Positions 62,641-64,000 of a stretch of DNA of 64,000 bases are shown in pieces (within the stretch, counting starts at the first letter, position 1; every line of letters starts with the position of its first letter). Made by a program: the position numbers and the translations under genes. The stretch comes from Octopus sinensis (lineage: Eukaryota): NCBI RefSeq assembly GCF_006345805.1, contig NC_043008.1, forward strand, positions 75,268,001-75,332,000, in the 5' to 3' direction. Under the pieces are notes generated by a model. That model did not search any database. It was not told the origin of the DNA and saw only the letters and a list, made by a program, of their open reading frames with translations.

Positions 62641-63599
62641 CCTGTTTATGTTAATTTAAAAGATTTATCAAAAAAATCTTATCTAGCTGTTATTTTTAGC
62701 ACAACACGTGTTATGTCTCCGGTAATTTTCTTTCATGTAACTAAATGTTTATGTTAATTTAAAAGATTTTCCAAATAAGTTGTATGTACATAGGTTTTTT
62801 GTATGCTCTTTTAATCTATAACGTCGTATATTGGCATTAGAGAATAATTTTGACTGATTAAATTGACTATCCAATACCAAACAATCTCCATATTTAAGCT
62901 GAATTAAACTTTGGCAAGCTTAAATTTACCTATTCTGACTTACTTGAAAGGTGATGTTCAAATTCCTCTCTTCTATTTGTTAATACCTTTGGTTACCTAC
63001 GAATACTTTGATTCACTTTAAGGATGCTTATTTACCCATCCATTATGATATTTCGAATATGTTTTAGCATAAAGAATCTAGCCTTTTTTAAACAGTTACA
63101 TATGATTTGTCATAAAGATTCAACCTTTAAATAATACTTTTGCAATCGCTAGAGAAAGCGATACATATCTTTCAGAAAGCTTCATACTAATTTTACTTTA
63201 TGCTCAGGCTACGTGGGAAGACAGAATAAAGAGGCTCCTGTTAGCTTATAACAGTATCGATAATCGATTGGTACACTAAAACCAATTTTCAGCTTCAGAT
63301 AATACAAGCATGCCACCTGAAACGAGAGCCCACATTGGCAGAAAGTCTTCTGCACCGGCATGGCAGCAGCGCTGGCAGGCTAAGGAAACTGAGGACCAAT
63401 GATCCTGTAGACTGTTGAAAAGAGCTGCCGCTGCTAGAGCTGCGACTGTTCCATAGCAGTATCTCCTTTTCAGTTCATGCCATACTAAACACACCAAAAT
63501 AAATATCCCATTCAATCTAGCAAAAAAGGTCTGTGAAATTGTATCTGACACAAAAACTCGGGAACTTTGCCTACACGGCCTCAAAATTACACTCATTGA

Positions 63600-64000
63600 A
63601 CGTCAATACTCACCCACACTTATAGACATTGACATTAAACGTGACAAGAAATTGTATACAAACACAGTAAGGACAACAAAACAAAGCACCACATATCACT
63701 TTAAATCACTCCCGTACATATCAACCCACAACCCCAGAATCACCCTCTGCTCATCCAAGACCCGAAAATGAACAACATCCTAAATACACATACACACCTC
63801 AAATGCAAAAGACAACACACATCACTCAAGAGACTCCTAAAAATGCAAAATTATACTTCAATACATACGACACCAACAGCTAAAAAATGCAGACAACCTA
63901 ATTGTGGTACATGCCCATACGTAACTGAAGCCTCGATATTCACATTCCAGCAAGGAGAAAAATTCTCAATTAAGACCACCTTCACATGTTCTTCCCAGGA
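63600..64000 (+). mobile_element. Penelope-like element remnant (linker zinc finger preceding GIY-YIG), running off the window
   Basis: + frames give LPYISTHNPR and KKCRQPNCGTCPYVTEASIFTFQQGEKFSIKTTFTCSSQ (CxxxxCxxC followed by FTCxS, which normally precedes NLIY). Confidence 0.65.

Noticed and set aside
63276-63596. 106-aa ORF in a locally GC-richer patch
   Set aside because: No recognisable domain, no supported splice partners, and it adjoins TE remnants. Left unannotated.

Overview
AT-rich animal genomic DNA dense in microsatellites and transposable elements. The repeat families and (TA)n/(CA)n/(AAT)n load suggest a coleoid cephalopod such as Octopus; this is an inference. One host gene is clearly supported: a minus-strand S1 (trypsin/chymotrypsin-fold) serine protease. 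Five of its exons were resolved by hand (35446-35590, 15215-15339, 13704-13835, 12573-12709, 9776-10189). It has an intact His/Asp/Ser triad, an unusual E189 pocket residue and an 89-aa acidic, His/Tyr-rich C-terminal tail; its start/signal exon is unresolved. The rest is mostly TE: R4/Dong-type RLE LINEs sitting in (TAA)n tracts, an RT-deleted Tx1/L1 LINE, mariner/Tc1 relics, tRNA-derived SINEs, a Helitron-like MITE, foldbacks and a Penelope-like remnant. The most striking signal is a set of type I hammerhead ribozyme (HHR) motifs from at least five repeat families. One is a 352-nt, highly structured retrozyme-like monomer with a 69-nt terminal redundancy, split by the Tx1 LINE. The LINE's 20-bp target-site duplication (TSD) ends at the first base of hammerhead stem I. 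Another is a tRNA-headed SINE carrying a Penelope-type hammerhead in its tail. All folds were read by eye and none was computed.
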